The notes beneath the pieces were generated by a model that was not told the DNA's origin, did no database searches, and was given only the letters and a program-made list of their open reading frames with translations. Positions 59,917 through 64,000 of a stretch of 64,000 nucleotides of DNA are shown piece after piece. How positions within the stretch are numbered: the first letter of the stretch is position 1; each line of letters opens with the position of its first letter. This stretch comes from Octopus vulgaris (taxonomy: Eukaryota), in contig OX597837.1 of NCBI GenBank assembly GCA_951406725.2, positions 5,270,001 through 5,334,000 on the forward strand. Direction: 5' to 3'. The position numbers and the translations under genes are program-made.

Positions 59917-60559
59917 TATACATAAACATATATATATATTTATGTGTGTATTTTTGTATTATTTTTCTTCTTGAGAGAGTTCAAGCCGGTTGCTGACAGA
60001 ACTACAAGACTTTTCGAGTGATGCGTGTTGTCAGTGTTTGCAAATAATGAGTTGCTGTGTTGGTTGCACTGCCGATGCACACACCCAAGGGATGGCATGT
60101 ATTCATGTAAAGAATCTCAGATGGAAAATCTTTGAAATGTTTTACAGATCTTCACTGTGCCACTAATAAATTGGATTTGGAGAATTCATGTCAGTTTCTT
60201 TTGTTCTTTCCTCGAAAATTCTGGTATTTCTAGTTTTCTGTCTGCACCCATGATGATAGATACAAATGGGAATTTATTGTCAGGGTACTAGAGCTGTTTG
60301 TTCTGCCTTAATTCACTATAAAATGTTCTCCTTTTCCTGAACTTTTGTCGATATGTATGTATGTATATGTGTGTGTATGTATGTGCCACGACATAAACCT
60401 ACTCTGACTGTAGCCCGAGAGGTCCGTAAGTGCACTGGGAATGAGAGACCCCTGGTCTCTGATCTTTGTGAAGGCACACCCCCTTCAAAAACACACAAAC
60501 ACACACACACATACATATGTATATCGATAGATACATGCATATATAAGTATGCACGTCAT

Positions 60560-60706
60560 TGTGTAGTAAGTAGCTTGCTTACCAACCACATGGTTCCGGG
60601 TTCATTCCCACTGCATGGCACCTAGCGCAAGTGTTTTCTACTATAGCCTCGGGCCGACCAAAGTCTTGTGAGTGGATTTGGTAGATGGAATCTGAAAGAA
60701 GCTCGT

Positions 60707-60777
<71 letters not shown>

Positions 60778-60985
60778 TTGTGTGTCTGTTTGTCCCACCC
60801 CGGATATCTCTTGACAACCGATGCTGGTGTATTTACGCTCCCCATAACTTAGCGGTCGGGCAAAAAAGGTTGATATAATAAGTACTTGGCTTACAATAAG
60901 TCCTGGGGCCGATTTGCACTACTAAAGGTGCTGCTCCAGCATGACTGCAGTCAAATGAACGAAAGAACCAAAAGAGTAAAAGAGG
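60560..60985 (+). mobile_element. SINE family B, full length
   Basis: gtaagtagcttgcttaccaaccacatggttccgggttcattccc...ctccagcatgactgcagtcaaatg. Confidence 0.9.
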
Positions 60986-61015
60986 ATTGAAGGGTGGAAG
61001 GTTTATACATATATA

Positions 61016-61235
61016 AAGGGTGTCCACGAAGTCATTAGAAAAATAGGAAAATTCATTAAAATTTCAACATTAATTGCGGTCTTAAACATAAATAGTGATA
61101 AAATTATTAATGAAACTAGTAATATTGTTAGAAAACTTTTGTTACATTAATATGTAACAAAAAATTATTTGCCACCTCGTCTAAATTTTTCATTATGACT
61201 TTTCGAAATTGGAGAAAGATTTTGTGGACATCCTT
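61016..61235. mobile_element. Tc1/mariner-type MITE
   Basis: TA|aagggtgtccacgaagtc ... gattttgtggacatcctt|TA inverted termini with an AT-rich interior. Confidence 0.7.
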
Positions 61236-61250
61236 TATACATCCATCCAT

Positions 61251-61379
<129 letters not shown>

Positions 61380-61418
61380 CATATACACAGAAATTAAGTT
61401 TCAGCATTTCACTCCAGC

Positions 61419-61469
<51 letters not shown>

Positions 61470-61471
<2 letters not shown>

Positions 61472-61640
61472 GCTTGACTTTTGCTTTGTATGTGTACAAG
61501 ATGAGTACAAGTCTCACCCAGAAACCCCAAGAGACAAGTTATAAGTTCATGTTAGTGTTTTGCTCAGGGTGTTGTGTATTTGGTTTTACACATAGTATTG
61601 TTCTAGAGGCTGTTGAAGAAAACATAAGAGAATGTTTCAA
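61470..61640 (-). mobile_element. Retroelement 3' tail (family of 9695-9840), diverged
   Basis: tatgcttgacttttgctttg...aagtctcacccagaaaccccaagagacaag...catagtattgttctagag, adjacent to (TTA)n. Confidence 0.7.
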
Positions 61641-61814
61641 AATTTGAGATTTTGAAGCAAATCTCAAATTTGTTTTAAAATTTCAGATTACATAGACAGT
61701 ATTTTACGTAGGATATGGGCAGTTCTCATGAGCACTATCTTTTGAATTTCTGCCGCTTTGGGGTATCACAAACCGTGACAAAACTAGCGCATTTTGAATT
61801 ACAGATTCGACTCC

Positions 61815-61950
61815 ATTTTTGCCAGGCATGTGAACAAAACCAACATGAAATAAAGTGTGTTTCCCCAGGACGCTACGCGTTGTCTGGAATCGAAACCACG
61901 CTCGTATGAGTGTGAGCCAAATACTCTAACCTCTAAGCCATGCGCCTTCA
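61815..61950 (-). mobile_element. SINE family C, 5' part
   Basis: catttttgccag...ggaatcgaaaccacg...ctctaacctctaagccatgcgccttc. Confidence 0.7.
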
Positions 61951-62276
61951 CATAAAAATTATAAGACGAGAAAACTAAACAAATAGCATAACTAATAAAA
62001 TGAAAGCCTTGAGCTAAAATAATATATAACAGCCATCGGTTATGATTATGCTTGAGTTTCAAATAGTCCCAGAAACCTATATTTGATCGATTACCCATAC
62101 ATTGTTGCATTTCTAATAACTTTCATTGATTTTTATCTGACACTGAGTTATCGACCGCTACCGTTTTTATCGTAGATTTTTACAGGAGTGAACGACAAAG
62201 CCAATACACACGCGCACATACACACTTATAACTCATACAGATATGCACACAAATACACATACGAAGACACACAGAG

Positions 62277-62386
<110 letters not shown>

Positions 62387-62709
62387 CAAATATACACGTG
62401 CAGACACACAAATGTATCCAGGTATTGATTTTTCGTTTATTGTTTCACAAATTCCTTATTGCTCGGCAATCGATTCTCTTCTTCATTCCTCCTACTGTCA
62501 CTTGTATTTATCTTATCTCTATCTCGTTCCGTTCTCTATTCCTCTCCCACCTGTACATATACATGTATATGTATGCATATACATATATATATACACTCAC
62601 AGCCATGCATATACGTAAACACAAACACCACAGACATACGTATATAGACCTACTTCTCAAACTTATGTGGCTGTGTAATAAGTTGGTTGTCTAGTTGTTC
62701 TGATTGCTT

Positions 62710-62779
<70 letters not shown>

Positions 62780-62794
62780 CATATGTATATATAC

Positions 62795-62868
<74 letters not shown>

Positions 62869-62940
62869 CAAACACATACACACACATATATATATATATT
62901 TATATTTAGATATATAGACACGTATGTGCGCATATATTAC

Positions 62941-62983
<43 letters not shown>

Positions 62984-63047
62984 CATACATACATGCATAT
63001 ATATATATATATATATATACACATACATATATACATATACATATATA

Positions 63048-63127
<80 letters not shown>

Positions 63128-63429
63128 AGTCTACTTTGGTTTTTCGGTTAGCTATTATTAATGTATTGTTATCTTTTATCACTCTCCTATTGATTTTTTT
63201 TACCTCACATGAAAACACACATACACAGAGACACATACACACAGGCCACACACGTACAGAGACACACGGAGACACATACAAAACGCAACCGCATACAAAT
63301 ACACCCACATAATAACAGATTAATACATACCTATGCACATATCCTTCCCACATGCAGACACAGAAGATGTACAAACGTACTTTAACACACACACACACAC
63401 ACATACACACACACTCACACACACACACA

Positions 63430-63505
<76 letters not shown>

Positions 63506-63522
63506 ATCACAACCATACATAC

Positions 63523-64000
63523 CATCCTCCTATTCTATTTCATGAGGCATGACAGAACTGTTGTCCAACAATTATTATAGTTGGCGCCTTTTATTCTCCT
63601 TACGTGACCCAAACGTTGGCTTTCATTTCACTAATATAATAGAGAAAGCCGCCATCGCGCTACAGGCTATGCAACATATATCCGTTTTTTCTCTCTCTTT
63701 ATTTCATCTTTTTTCTAACTCTTCGTTCGCTTTTTTCCCAATTCCTTCTTTTTGTTTAATTCATCTCTATTACTTCTTCATAAGTAACATAATACAGAAG
63801 GCCAACCACTGGGCCACAATCAACAAAACATATTTCGTTTTTCGTTGTTTCGTTTTCGGTTTTAATTTTTGTATTATTTCACTAGAAATCAAGATATTCC
63901 GTCTGACTTCCGTCTATGTCGTACTTTCGTTATATTTTCGTTTCGTTTTTGCTTTTTACTCCTGTTTTTTTTTATTTTTTACTATTACTTTTTTTCTTAC
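63523..64000 (-). other. Candidate 5' UTR-like exon, running off the window end
   Basis: Free of SINEs and microsatellites, CpG-retaining, A-rich on the minus strand, ends at the strong donor GGATG|gtatgt; several short upstream ATG-stop ORFs. Confidence 0.3.

Noticed and set aside
59970-60330. Possible decayed Penelope GIY-YIG coding remnant
   Set aside because: Only a vague resemblance; no intact motif could be read.

Overview
Animal genomic DNA, AT-rich and very rich in microsatellites: (TA)n, (TAA)n, (TATG)n, (TATC)n, (ATC)n, (GAA)n and (CA)n. The repeat families point to a coleoid cephalopod, most likely Octopus; this is inferred from recalled SINE sequences, not from a search. Nearly all listed ORFs are microsatellite artefacts. 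The only convincing protein-coding sequence comes from dead retrotransposons: R4/Dong-like LINE fragments (RT plus restriction-like endonuclease) inserted in (TAA)n tracts, and one RTE LINE 3' end. Three tRNA-derived SINE families recur many times, alongside non-autonomous Helitrons, pogo/mariner-type MITEs, a Foldback-like element and a 107-bp tandem repeat. The most interesting signal is a set of unrelated short non-coding repeats that each fold into a minimal type I hammerhead ribozyme of the Penelope-like-element kind. They carry C3-G8, G3-C8 and U3-A8 core variants and several sit in inverted pairs. A low-confidence chain of phase-compatible minus-strand exons suggests most of the window is intron of one unidentified gene.
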